Of a stretch of DNA of 64,000 bases, positions 1 through 12,500 are shown in pieces. This DNA is from Macrostomum hystrix. Taxonomy: Eukaryota; Animalia; Platyhelminthes. A program made the position numbers and the translations under genes. Where the stretch lies: the NCBI GenBank assembly GCA_950097015.1, contig CATNEN010000005.1, forward strand, positions 2,666,001 to 2,730,000. The letters are read 5' to 3'. The notes under the pieces are model-generated. The model ran no database searches. It was given only the letters and a program-made list of their open reading frames with translations, and was not told where the DNA came from. How positions within the stretch are numbered: the stretch's first letter is position 1; the number at the start of each line of letters is the position of its first letter.

Positions 1-595
1 TGGCTTGTAAAGTTACTAGCTCGTAAAGTTACTGGCTTGTAAAGTTACTAGTTCGTAAAGTTACTGGCTTGTGAAGTTACTAGTTCGTGAAGTTACTGGC
101 TTGTGAAGTTACTAGTTTGTGAAGTTACTGGCTTGTAACGTTACTAGTTCGTGAAGTTACTGGCTTGTGAAGTTACTAGTTTGTGAAGTTACTGGCTTGT
201 AACGTTACTAGCTCGTAAAGTTACTGGCTTGTGAAGTTACTAGTTTGTGAAGTTACTGGCTTGTGAAGTTACTAGTACGTGAAGTTACTGGCTTGTGAAG
301 TTACTAGTTCGTGAAGTTACTGGCTTGTGAAGTTACTAGTTTGTGAAGTTACTGGCTTGTAAAGTTACTAGTTTGTAAAGTTACTGGCTTGTGAAGTTAC
401 TAGTTCGTGAAGTTACTGGCTTGTGAAGTTACTAGTTTGTGAAGTTACTGGCTTGTAAAGTTACTAGCTCGTAAAGTTACTGGCTTGTAAAGTTACTAGT
501 TTGTGAAGTTACTGGCTTGTAAAGTTACTAGCTCGTAAAGTTACTGGCTTGTAAAGTTACTAGTTCGTAAAGTTACTGGCTTGTGAAGTTACTAT
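1..595. repeat. Minisatellite, 32-bp unit built from two related 16-mers (AAGTTACTGGCTTGTG / AAGTTACTAGTTCGTG); runs off the window start
   Basis: Directly visible tandem periodicity. Confidence 0.95.
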
Positions 596-1639
596 CTTCT
601 GTATTTACTAGCTTCAGAGGTTACCTGCCCGAGTAGACTTTACTAGATTTTAAAGTTTCTCGGTTTTGTTTCTTTTTTTGTTAGCTAACAATAAAAGCAA
701 TATAATTGACCTGAACGTAACCAATATCAGTCATTGAATTTTAATCAGGATTGCTTTTTTTACTCTGAAAATAGTTAGCAAAACTTTTAAATATTCTTTT
801 TCTGTCTCAAAGCAATGATTTATATAAGCAGTTAGAATCTAATTTTTATAGAATACCTAGTAAGCTATCTGTTCTATATTTTCAGATTCAATAATAATCT
901 AAATCTATGGTATACGCATGTGACTACTATCGATAGTCAGAATAATTAGTAGTATAAGAGCTGTACTTACAAAAAAGCATTTCTGTATCTAAAAAATGTA
1001 AGGCATAAGTTTTTGTGGTCGTCAATGTAATTACAAGAAGTAATGTCTCGTAATCTCGCATAAAAAATATAAAAAGACAACACAATCAATAGCGCAAAAG
1101 ATTTGCTGCATAAATCTTCATCAGCTTCGATAATAAACTGTCTATTTAGATATAATATCCGGGTATTTGTATCGATTTTTTTGTCAGTGAATAGGTCAAT
1201 TATGAAGTATAAAATCAGTGTATATATATCAGAGCAATTTGTAAAACATAAACAACCAATAATATTTTGTTACAAAAAAACTAATACACATAAACAATAA
1301 TACGTCACAATATATGACCACCGAATAAAATATGCTAAAACAGAAAAAGTATTTGTTGACTGTTTCAGTGCTAGTAATATGTAAGACCAATCATTTGACT
1401 ACAGATAAAATCACAAGTACATCAATCTAGGAATGCGCTGTTTTCAACAGACTGAAATAATTCTATCTAACTTTAACTATATCCCTGGGGTTGGTGCAAC
1501 CTTCTTATCTAAACGCAATTATCTACGAGTATATCAGGTGTCGGCAAACTTATTAGCTAGCGGGCCAAAAATAGTACCTAAAAGACGACAGTGGGCCGCG
1601 TTGACTGTAGAAATGTAAGAGAAATATATCAGAGATAGG

Positions 1640-3270
1640 GGAGAGATGAGACACGAAAGAGATGAGACACTGGATAGATGAGACACGGGAGAGACGAGAC
1701 AATGGATAGATGAGACACGGGAGAGATAAGACAGAGGAGAGGTGAGACAAAGGAGAGATAAGACACGGGAGAGACGAGACAATGGATAGATGAGACACGG
1801 GAGAGACGAGACAATGGATAGATGAGACACGGGAGAGACGAGACAATGGATAGATGAGACACGGGAGAGACGAGACAATGGATAGATGAGACACGGGAGA
1901 GACGAGACAATGGATAGATGAGACATGGGAGAGACGAGACAATGGATAGATGAGACACGGGAGAGACGAGACAATGGATAGATGAGACACGGGAGAGACG
2001 AGACAATGGATAGATGAGACACGGGAGAGACGAGACAATGGATAGATGAGACACGGGAGAGACGAGACAGTGGATAGATGAGACACGGGAGAGACGAGAC
2101 AGTGGATAGATGAGACACGGGAGAGACGAGACAATGGATAGATGAGACACGGGAGAGACGAGACAATGGATAGATGAGACACGGGAGAGACGAGACAATG
2201 GATAGATGAGACACGGGAGAGACGAGACAATGGATAGATGAGACACGGGAGAGACGAGACAATGGATAGATGAGACACGGGAGAGACGAGACAATGGATA
2301 GATGAGACACGGGAGAGACGAGACAATGGATAGATGAGACACGGGAGAGACGAGACAATGGATAGATGAGACACGGGAGAGACGAGACAATGGATAGATG
2401 AGACACGGGAGAGACGAGACAATGGATAGATGAGACACGGGAGAGACGAGACAATGGATAGATGAGACACGGGAGAGACGAGACAATGGATAGATGAGAC
2501 ATGGGAGAGACGAGACAATGGATAGATGAGACACGGGAGAGACGAGACAATGGATAGATGAGACACGGGAGAGACGAGACAATGGATAGATGAGACACGG
2601 GAGAGACGAGACAATGGATAGATGAGACACGGGAGAGACGAGACAGTGGATAGATGAGACACGGGAGAGACGAGACAGTGGATAGATGAGACACGGGAGA
2701 GACGAGACAATGGATAGATGAGACACGGGAGAGACGAGACAATGGATAGATGAGACACGGGAGAGACGAGACAATGGATAGATGAGACACGGGAGAGACG
2801 AGACAATGGATAGATGAGACACGGGAGAGACGAGACAATGGATAGATGAGACACGGGAGAGACGAGACAATGGATAGATGAGACACGGGAGAGACGAGAC
2901 AATGGATAGATGAGACACGGGAGAGACGAGACAATGGATAGATGAGACACGGGAGAGACGAGACAATGGATAGATGAGACACGGGAGAGACGAGACAATG
3001 GATAGATGAGACACGGGAGAGACGAGACAATGGATAGATGAGACACGGGAGAGACGAGACAATGGATAGATGAGACACGGGAGAGACGAGACAATGGATA
3101 GATGAGACACGGGAGAGACGAGACAATGGATAGATGAGACACGGGAGAGACGAGACAATGGATAGATGAGACACGGGAGAGACGAGACAATGGAGAGATA
3201 AGACACGGGAGAGACGAGACAATGGAGAGATAAGACACGGGAGAGGTGACACACGGGAGAGATGAGACAG
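1640..3270. repeat. Minisatellite, 32-bp unit GAGACACGGGAGAGAC-GAGACAATGGATAGAT with a 576-bp higher-order duplication
   Basis: Tandem periodicity. Variant bases at 1926 and 2502, and at 2070 and 2646, recur exactly 576 bp (18 units) apart. The long minus-strand ORFs here are repeat artefacts. Confidence 0.95.
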
Positions 3271-3293
3271 GGGAAAGTTGAAACAGGATACAA

Positions 3294-3376
3294 TAGGTGT
3301 CGGAGGGGGCAACGGGCCGGATTTGGAAGCTTTGAGGGCCGCATCTGGCCCGCGGGCCGGAGTTTGCCGACCCCTG
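3294..3376 (-). mobile_element. Short hAT-like (Charlie-type) non-autonomous DNA transposon relic
   Basis: Minus strand begins CAGGGGTCGGCAAACTCCGGCCCGCGGGCCAGATGCGGCCC, the typical hAT MITE terminus and subterminal motif. Imperfect opposite TIR TAGGTGTCGG at 3294. No 8-bp TSD seen. Confidence 0.55.
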
Positions 3377-4289
3377 ATCTATATCTTCAATTATCACCTG
3401 ATGGGGTGCTACCTGCCTTACTAACCTCAATTGTTTATACCTTTGATTATCACCTACACTGCTTAACCGCATTCAATTTCTTAGAAAATAAACTATAATC
3501 AGCCAACCCGAAGTAATTATAGCCAGAAAACCTGAAAAGCTATAGCAACAACAATAGAAACAAAACCTAACTTACTATTTTATGTGAAATGTATAGCAGT
3601 GCAACAAACAATTGTCAATATTAGGCTGTGTTGGAACGCTCTTGTAACGCAAACAATTTGGCGCCAATTCAAATTCGATCTTGATCGATTTAAAATAGAA
3701 GAAAAACTCATGGAATAAATCGAATTGTTTTGTTCAAACAAATATAACACGTAAGCACACGTAAGTAATAGAATAATGGAAGCGACAACGGCAGCGGACT
3801 ACAAACGCTCAGATAGAGCACATATTGATAAATGCAAATGCCAAAAAATCGAAGTAAATCGTACAACAAGATATAGTTACTGCTTAATAGACGTATATTA
3901 GAACAATTAGCTAGCTACTAAATATAATATTTCGAGTGAAATGGAAGCATAAAAAGGCTATTCTATAATGCAAGACAGTTTAAACAAATAATAGAATTAT
4001 TGACTAACCGATCGGACATGATACAGTAACACAATAAAATCAGCCACCGAAAAATCCGTGCCAGGAAAAAAGTAATTATGCGACTATAACTAGAAACAAT
4101 AACATACAGATGGAATGCATCAATTCAAAGCAAGCGCGCAATTATACAGCAGGAATGTAGCTAACACAATGGGACAATAATATAGCATGAATATGTAAAT
4201 TATTTCTTGAAGTTAGCTGTACACTACTTCTCGCAATGTCCTATTTAAGTTTTATTGTAACCAATTTTTTGTTTTGGCCCGATTGGGCC

Positions 4290-4455
4290 ACAGTCCAGGG
4301 ACTGGGGAATGTCAAACTAATTAGCCTAGCTGATGCTGGCACACGTGTAAAAGGAGGTTGAACTAAAGAAGTGCAGAGTTCAGGTCACAGCGGAATCAAA
4401 CCCCCGACCTTTAAGTCGTGAGTCCAATGCTCTAATCACAAGGCTAAAACCCTCC
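4290..4455 (-). mobile_element. tRNA-derived SINE (family B), decayed
   Basis: Minus strand TAGCCTTGTGATTAGAGCATTGGACTCACGACTTAAAGGTCGGGGGTTTGATTCC has A-box-like and B-box-like motifs. A related head lies at 18921-18982 (+). Body extent approximate. Confidence 0.55.
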
Positions 4456-4504
4456 TGTTTGAAACGTCAATTCTGTGAAAGGGAAATTGCTACTTTTAAC
4501 TTAA

Positions 4505-5020
4505 GCCGATAGCTCAGTTGGGGTTTAGGATAGTGTGGGCTAGGCTGATAGCTGAGTGAGGGGTTTAGGTAGTGTGGGATAGGCCGATAGCTCAGATGGG
4601 GCTTGGGGTGGTGGACTAGGCTCATAGCTGAGTGAGGGGTTTAGGGTAGTGTGGGCTGGGCTGATAGCTGAGTGAGGGGTTTAGGATAGTGTGGGCTGGG
4701 CTCATAGCTGAGTGAGGGGTTTAGGATAGTGTGGGCTGGGCTGATAGCTGAGTGAGGGGTTTAGGATAGTGTGGGCTGGGCTGATAGCTGAGTGAGGGGT
4801 TTAGGGTAGTGTGGGCTAGGCTGATAGCTGAGTGAGGGGTTTAGGGTAGTGTGGGCTAGGCTGATAGCTGAGTGAGGGGTTTAGGGTAGTGTGGGCTAGG
4901 CTGATAGCTGAGTGAGGGGTTTAGGGTAGTGTGGGCTAGGCTGATAGCTGAGTGGGGGTTTGGCGTTGTGGCTAGGTTTCGGCTTGAGGTGGTGGCTTTG
5001 CTGATGGTTGAGAGGGGTTT
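4505..5020. repeat. G-rich minisatellite, 40-bp unit CTGATAGCTGAGTGAGGGGTTTAGGGTAGTGTGGGCTAGG
   Basis: Tandem periodicity; related to the 37-bp array at 5655-6170. Confidence 0.9.
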
Positions 5021-5121
5021 GGGGCGATGCAATTTTATTTAAATGGCATAATTTGTTGAACTAAACTTGTTGACTCCCAATAGATTACTTAATCTGGCTG
5101 CAGAAACAAATAAAGAACTAG

Positions 5122-6555
5122 TCACGGATCGGTTTCAACATTTGCACCAGCGTTGACGCTGGCGAATGTGTTGGCAGCGGCAGCTGTGGCGGCGGCTTCA
5201 GCGTTGCCGCGTGCAAACACAGCCGCCTCCAGGCTGTGAAGAAACCAATCATCGTCCTCGTTATAGTATTCCTCTAGATCGGCACTAATTCTATAATCGT
5301 TGTTGCTTTTACTTCTAAAATAATTATGTGTGTCCAATTTGAGAACAATCTCGTTGCTAATGGCGACAACTGGTGGCGGATTTGAAGCAAGAACTGCAGG
5401 TGCGCCGCCAGTACGCGTGGCTGGAGTTGAAGACGACGACGAAGCCGGTTGGGCTGGACCGGCATTGCAAGCGGCGGCGATGGACGAGGCGACAGATTCG
5501 GCTGGTTGCAATTTCGATGGCTGACGGCCGCTTTCGTCCCAGCGTCGGCGTCTATGAAAAAGGCAGCCTAGGAGGCCTACGAGTGAGGTGGAGGTTTGGT
5601 GCGGTCAGCTGAGTTGGAGCGTTTGTTTTTTAGGTTGTCCGAGTTTAGGGTGGGCTAGGTGGTGGGCTAGGCTGATAGCTGAGTGCGGATTTGAAGTGCT
5701 GGGCTAGGCTGATAGCTGAGTGGGGGTTTGGGGTGGTGTGCTAGGCTGATAGCTGAATGGGGGTTTGGGGTGGTTTGCTAGGCTGATAGCTGAGTGGGGG
5801 TTTGGGGTGGTGGGCTAGGCTGATAGCTGAGTGGGGGTTTGGGGTGGTGTGCTAGGCTGATAGCTGAATGGGGGTTTGGGGTGGTGTGCTAGGCTGATAG
5901 CTGAGTGGGGGTTTGGGGTGGTGTGCTAGGCTGATAGCTGAATGGGGGTTTGGGGTGGTGCTAGGCTGATAGCTGAGTGGGGGTTTGGGGTGGTGTGCTA
6001 GGCTGATAGCTGAGTGGGGGTTTGGGGTGGTGTGCTAGGCTGATAGCTGAGTGGGGGTTTGGGGTGGTGTGCTAGGCTGATAGCTGAGTGGGGGTTTGGG
6101 GTGGTGTGCTAGGCTGATAGCTGAGTGGGGGTTTTGGGTGGTGGGCTTGGCTGATAGCTGAATGGGGTTTGTGGCGATGTACTTTCTAATGAATGGCATG
6201 GAAGAATTAGCAGCTAAGTAGTCTCATATAAAAGGTCTTAAGGAGATGCTTGAGTGGTGTCAAATGTGTTAGTAGTAGCCAAATGAAGCACACATTCTCA
6301 CCTGAAACACAAGCAACAGCAAAAACACCCAGTCCAACTGTAACCCAAATCCATGCACTGATGTAACCAGAAGATTTATAATCTTGAACATTGGTATTGC
6401 ACTGTGATGCTACTTGGCTTCCATTGATTTTGGCAGTACAGTTAATCAGTATTGCCATCTTTATTAGCTTTGAAGTAGCCAGCTTTTCAGAATTGCTAAA
6501 CAACTCTATTCAGGACAGACAGCACCAGCAACCAACAAATCAATGTTGAAATCAT
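5122..6555 (-). CDS. Putative small single-pass membrane protein (exons ~6503/6555-6302 and 5567-5122), possibly frameshifted near the 5' end
   Basis: Donor CAG|GTGAGA at 6302/6301 and acceptor CTAG|GC at 5568/5567 are both phase 1. They join a TM segment (ISAWIWVTVGLGVFAVACVSG) to CLFHRRRRW, a basic stop-transfer motif. NCT and NGS sequons precede the TM. A signal-peptide-like MISTLICWLLVLSVL from ATG 6555 is one base out of frame. Confidence 0.45.
5655..6170. repeat. G-rich minisatellite, ~37-bp unit CTGATAGCTGAGTGGGGGTTTGGGGTGGTGTGCTAGG
   Basis: Tandem periodicity with four G-runs per unit; lies in the intron of the putative membrane-protein gene. Confidence 0.9.
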
Positions 6556-9500
6556 GTACAATACTGTCTGGATGAAGCCTGAAATAATAGAAAACATTTT
6601 TTAATTTGAAATTTAAAATGAAACACTGAATATAGTTTTTAATTAATAAAATGGTTTTTTAAACCTAAAGGACTGTAAAGAACTGAAGAGAAACTGGCAT
6701 TTTAATAAAATCTTGATAGTTTTTAATTTATATATATGTTTCTCACATGTAGCAGTTTGGGGTTAGTTTGTATTTTCATCTTAGTTTTAATCTTAACACA
6801 AATATTATAAATAAGATATGGGTTATCAAACAGACATATCTCTCTTTCAACAAAAATTGAAACAAGAAAACAGGAACTCTCAAGCAAAGGTCAATTCTGA
6901 TTCTGACGCTAAATTCAGCTTTAAGTGTGCAATAATCTAATAAGCAAAGAGAGAGAGCACACTTTAAATGCGAATATCTGAACAAATACTATACTAATTT
7001 ATGTGTCTAAGTTTCCAATTTGTATCTGGATTATGTGTCAAGCTGTGTATGAAATTTTATATCAGACAGATCAAGAATATCAGTAGTTGACAAAAAGTTG
7101 TTTGTTCCATATGCCTTTCAAAGCTAAGTTTGGTATTAAAGAATGAATTACACTAGAGTCTGTGCTTTAGTTTTAAATTTAGTTCACAGTGAAAATGTTT
7201 GTTGGAAAATTTCTGTCATGAAACTAATACATTTATATTTTTCAAAACTGTTAAAAACTAACTTTGAAATATAAATTATTTACAAATTCTAAAACATAGA
7301 ATACAAAAAAACATAGCAATGCACTAAAGTTTGTAAAAAAGAGGTGCCATTTGGTTTATTTTTTTTACAATTCAAATAAGCATAAAACTGTGTTTACAAT
7401 TTAATTTTTTTTAATTAATGCTAACAATGCTGCAAACAAAAACAGAAAACTAAAAAACACAACTTAAAAAACTTCAAACAAATTTTCAAGTACAAAATTG
7501 GTTTACATTCTTAACTATCTTTGAAATCAAACACAAAAGCTATCAAGCAGCTGTCAAACACAAGGGACACACATTTTATCTATTTTAATGCTGTATATAC
7601 AGTTAAAATAAAAAATAGCCTAAATATCACATACATATCCTACTATATCATATGTAAAATTAGAAATTTAGCTTTTGTTCTTTTATATTTATTTAACTAT
7701 GACAAATGCGATTTATGGGGTTTTTTGTTTATTAAGCTATACATATACGAGGATATATTGCAATATATATATATTATTCGTTCATGATTATGGGGATTAT
7801 GGAGATAAATCCTAGACCCTTTATAATTTACAACACGAAATATGTACATTTTGATGAGCTAATCCACATGCACAAGTACGTGGAGCATTTAGATTCTAAT
7901 CCAATATACTAAAAATGAAATGCTTGGTTGGTTGGTTGGTTTAGTACACTAAAGCGCAAACTTTCTAACTTTATTAAAAACATAAAATAGAAGAAACAAA
8001 AATAAACGAGACATTTCCACAAAAATGTTTACCGTTTCTTTGAATTTTATCTTTTTAAATCTCGCTGTTATTTCAAATTTTGCTCATTTTAACTGAACTT
8101 AGGATATTTTTATGTAAAATAATTATAAATTAAAAGCTTCATGGAGTCTGGTTAGTGCTAAAACATTCCTTTTAACTTTTTGAGCAACTGGTCTTATAAA
8201 TTAAGAAATGACTATTGAATTTTGTCGTGTTCTAAGCAAAAAGCTTTAGGCTATAGGCTAGGTTCATCTTAATTGCGCGCACGTGCCACTCCATTGCTTT
8301 GAAACAAATGTTGAGCAGGCACCCGGCGCTGAAATAATTGCTCGAAACAGTAACATAGGCCTATTGTGTCAGTATGTGTAATGTGTAGTTAATATGCAGC
8401 CTCTTTTTTAGGAAACGCATTAACCCTAATTTATGTACACTACTACTTACTAGTACTACTACTACCTAAATTCATTAAATGAAACAGTTTAGCATCGAGC
8501 TTTATTCTTTTCAAGTTTTATTCTTTATAGTTTTCAATTGCAGTCATACTTTCAGTGAACGCAATGAAACATCTTATTAGTACTGTAGAACTTACTATAC
8601 TACCCTTTATTACATTTATGTTTTCCTGACTTTGATAGGGCCTAACGACAGTTAAAACATGACCTAGTTAAATAGGTGTAAGCCCTAGGGAAGTCCTTGG
8701 TATAAAGCAGTTCAAATGTTGTAGGTTTAAGTTCTTCCCAACAGGAAAATAAGCTAGGGCCTAATAAGATAATAGGTAAGGCTTGACATTCAAACACACC
8801 TAAACACAGTTCAAAAGTTAGATTAGGTGTAACTAGAAACTTGGGTTAGCTTAATTAGCTAAATTAGCTTCTAGATTGTGGATGAATGTCAATGAATTTA
8901 TTAATTATTTCTGTTTAAAATATAAAATGTTAATATAAACTGAACTCCAATTAGGCCTTACCATTGGAAAGTTACCATAGGTTATTGGAACAGTGTAAAA
9001 TTGCTATGTACAGTCTAGTTATTTCATAAGTTTATTGGATTTGAACTTGGCCTACACCCTATGGGCCTATAGGACCTAATAATATAAGAGCTTTTGGTTA
9101 CATGTTGGCAAGCTGTTACTTATGGCTTAGCTTAGTTTTTTTAATTGAATACAAACATTTTTTAATTCTGTTGTCAATTTGATTTAGCTAATACTAATAT
9201 GTTATGTGCATGGCATTTTCTTTGGGTAGGCCCTTACTGTTAGGCCTAACTACTAACTGAAGCTGAAGGTTTCTAAATAACTGGTGAGGACTTTAACTGA
9301 GCAAGTAAGTAATGGACTAATAGGCATAGTCATAGGCTTGCAAATTTATTTACATATTTTGTTTAAGATTCTAAGACATCATGAAAATCACAACTTTTTT
9401 TGCCTTTCTTTGTTTCTTTTGTCAACAATTTTGCAAGAACCTTCAATAGCCATTTATATAAAGGTGCAAGTTTTAGGTCTATATATCAAAAAAGTACATT

Positions 9501-9574
9501 TTTTAATAAAAAAAGATTCTTTTTTCAGCAAATTTAGGCCCCTAAATCAAATTAAATATCTTAATTACAAAGCC

Positions 9575-12500
9575 ATGACAAAGCCATGTTCTCCTTACTA
9601 TTGTCTATGGTGCAACCTGCCACAGCTGGCATTCTACAAAATTTTGGAATGCTTGGACTCACTGCCAGACATTGATGCAGTATCCCAAGTATGCAACTCT
9701 TGGCATTTCCTGGCCAATAGGGAAGCCTTCTGGTCCAGCTATCTATTGCGCACATATCCGAATTATAGGCGCTCAGATCCACTGCCACCAATTGCACAGA
9801 CAAGACAGCAGTTGGCCAGAATCATTAATGACGCCAGACCTGATCAACTAGAGAGTGAATGCAGTGAGCACAAGGATGAGGTTGGTGTGACTTTTCTGTT
9901 TAATTGTCTGACTATTTTCTGATTCAAAACGATCGATTCTGTCTGCTTAGATAGTTCAGAACATACGAGAACTGTGTGCTGTCCATATATGCAAAATTTC
10001 AAGTTAAAAAGTTTATCCATTAAAAAGTTATGACTAAGTTCTCGCTACTTTTGAAACACCCCTCGTACTTTTGCATCTTTGCTACTTAGCTAGGCTTGAG
10101 TCTGCTTGTCTGTCTCATATATTTAAGAAATCCCAGATTTTTTATCCCTCATAGCTCATGAATCCCAGATTTTCGTTAGGTCATTGTTCATGAATCCCAG
10201 ATTTTCGGTACATCATTGTTCATTAATCCGAGATTTTCGGTAGGTCATTGTTCAAGAATCCCAGATTTTCGGTACTTAAACTTCAAGAGTCCCAGATTTT
10301 CGGTAGGTCTTTGTTTAAGAATCCCAGATTTTCAGTAGGTCATTCATTGTACAAGAATCACAGATTTTCGGTAGGTCATTGTTCCTGCTCAAGTTCATTA
10401 TATTCACAAACAAACATTGGAACTGCATATCGCAGGTTCTGCACGTGGCCGCTAGTGACTCGCCGTCTGCCAATTATTTTGCCACAGCCTCAAAAGACGG
10501 CACTGTGAAGCTCTGGAACCTGAGCAATCCGTCTGTTTGTTATCGCACTTTGCACTTCAATAGAGAGTCTTTGATTGCGTCTCAACCAATGGGATCGTCT
10601 GGACCCGAACCGCATCGATTAGAGCTGGTGTCTCAGTTTGATTGGCTCTACTGTCAGTACGTTGAATTTCAGCCGTTTATTAGCCACTCGGGTGACAATT
10701 CTGTCATCTTAATTAGCGGTGTTAAACGCGAGGCTGAGAGAGGCGATATCGCCATCTACAGTATCGGTGAGTGGCGGTTTTGTTTGTTTCTTATTCTTAT
10801 ATCTAGTTTAGCATGTCTTATTAACAATAGAACTACCACAAGGGAGGGAACTACCCCCCTGACAATTTTTGTGCTCCATCGGAATGGAGCAACGCAAGCA
10901 CACGAAACTCAAAAACACGGGCCCACTTATTGTTTCGCATCTTCTGAAACAATTATCAAGTCGCCAGCTCTTCAGACCGTCGAGATATTCAATGGTTCTG
11001 GCCGAAGGTTAGATTTTTCTTATAAGCGCTAGGGTATTTCATACACTCCTATTCACGAATTAGCACTGCGCCTCAGTGCGGCCTTGAAAATTGATCTGCA
11101 TGACACCCGAATGTGCCTGCGACATCTCATCTCCATCTTCGATGGTCACCGATTTTTATGTAGATGGACTGCTGAACCTTCAAGGGCTACATCAGGTGGA
11201 ACTAGGCCACTATGGACACCCAGACGCGAATTTCTCCAATATCACTGATCAAACCTAAATATATATTAGGCGCAGCTCAACCACAAGACACCATCGCCTA
11301 GTCTGTCAACCAATCAGTCACCACCAAACGCTGTTAGTGTTCAGGCGCTGCCAAAAAAATTCAGGGGGGGGAAACGGGCGGCAAAATGGCTTGATTAGTC
11401 CTACTGTCCTAATATATCATAGCCCGTCCATACTTCCAGAGTTGGATCGATTTCTAAGCCGAGCGAAGCTGCAACCCTACGATGTATTCGGCTGCTTCCT
11501 GGATTCCTATCATTTTCTATCTGGCTCATTTGAGCACAACCATCATAATAATACTAGCGTCAATAGAGTGCACATTTTTAGGGTGAGTAGTAACGCCTTG
11601 GTTCCAAACATTTCAAGTATCAAAATAGTATGAGATCATTTTAAGTATTTGTAATCAGTATGAGATCATTTTAAGTATTTGTAATCAGTATGAGATCATC
11701 AGGTATCTGTAATCAGTATGAGATCATCAGGTATCTATAATCAGTATGAGATCATCAGGTATCTATAATCAGTATGAGATCATCAGGTATCTATAATCAG
11801 TATGAGATCATCAGGTATCTATAATCAGTATGAGATCATCAGGTATCTATAATCAGTATGAGATCATCAGGTATCTATTATCAGTATGAGATCATCAGGT
11901 ATCTATAATCAGTATGAGATCATCAGGTATCTATAATCAGTATGAGATCATCAGGTATCTATAATCAGTATGAGATCATCAGGTATCTATAATCAGTATG
12001 AGATCATCAGGTATCTATAATCAGTATGAGATCATCAGGTATCTATAATCAGTATGAGATCATCAGGTATCTATAATCAGTATGAGATCATCAGGTATCT
12101 ATAATCAGTATGAGATCATCAGGTATCTATAATCAGTATGAGATCATCAGGTATCTATAATCAGTATGAGATCATCAGGTATCTATAATCAGTATGAGAT
12201 CAATCACTGTCAAAGTGCACCAAATTCGCCCTTCAGATTAACCCACTGACCAGCAATGGCGACTTGCTGTTGGAGTTGCACAATACACCAGCATCTGCTC
12301 TACTGCACACTTATACCGGTCACCCCAATGCCACCGTGCGCCGGGTCATGGTAGCTCAGGGCGGTAGGATGTGTCTGGGCTCCGCTACGCATTGCAGATT
12401 CAACAGCGGAGTCAGTGTTGGACGCTTCCAGACTGAGGCTAGTCGGCTTCAGTATCTGTACGAGGCGGCTAAACTCCGGGGTTGGTTGATAAATTTGTGC

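Noticed and set aside
1534-3472. Long ORFs (571-639 aa) on the minus strand
   Set aside because: Translations of a stop-free 32-bp tandem repeat in all three frames; no protein signal.
4505-5020. Telomere-like TTAGGG motifs
   Set aside because: Single TTAGGG embedded in a 40-bp minisatellite unit, not a telomeric hexamer array.
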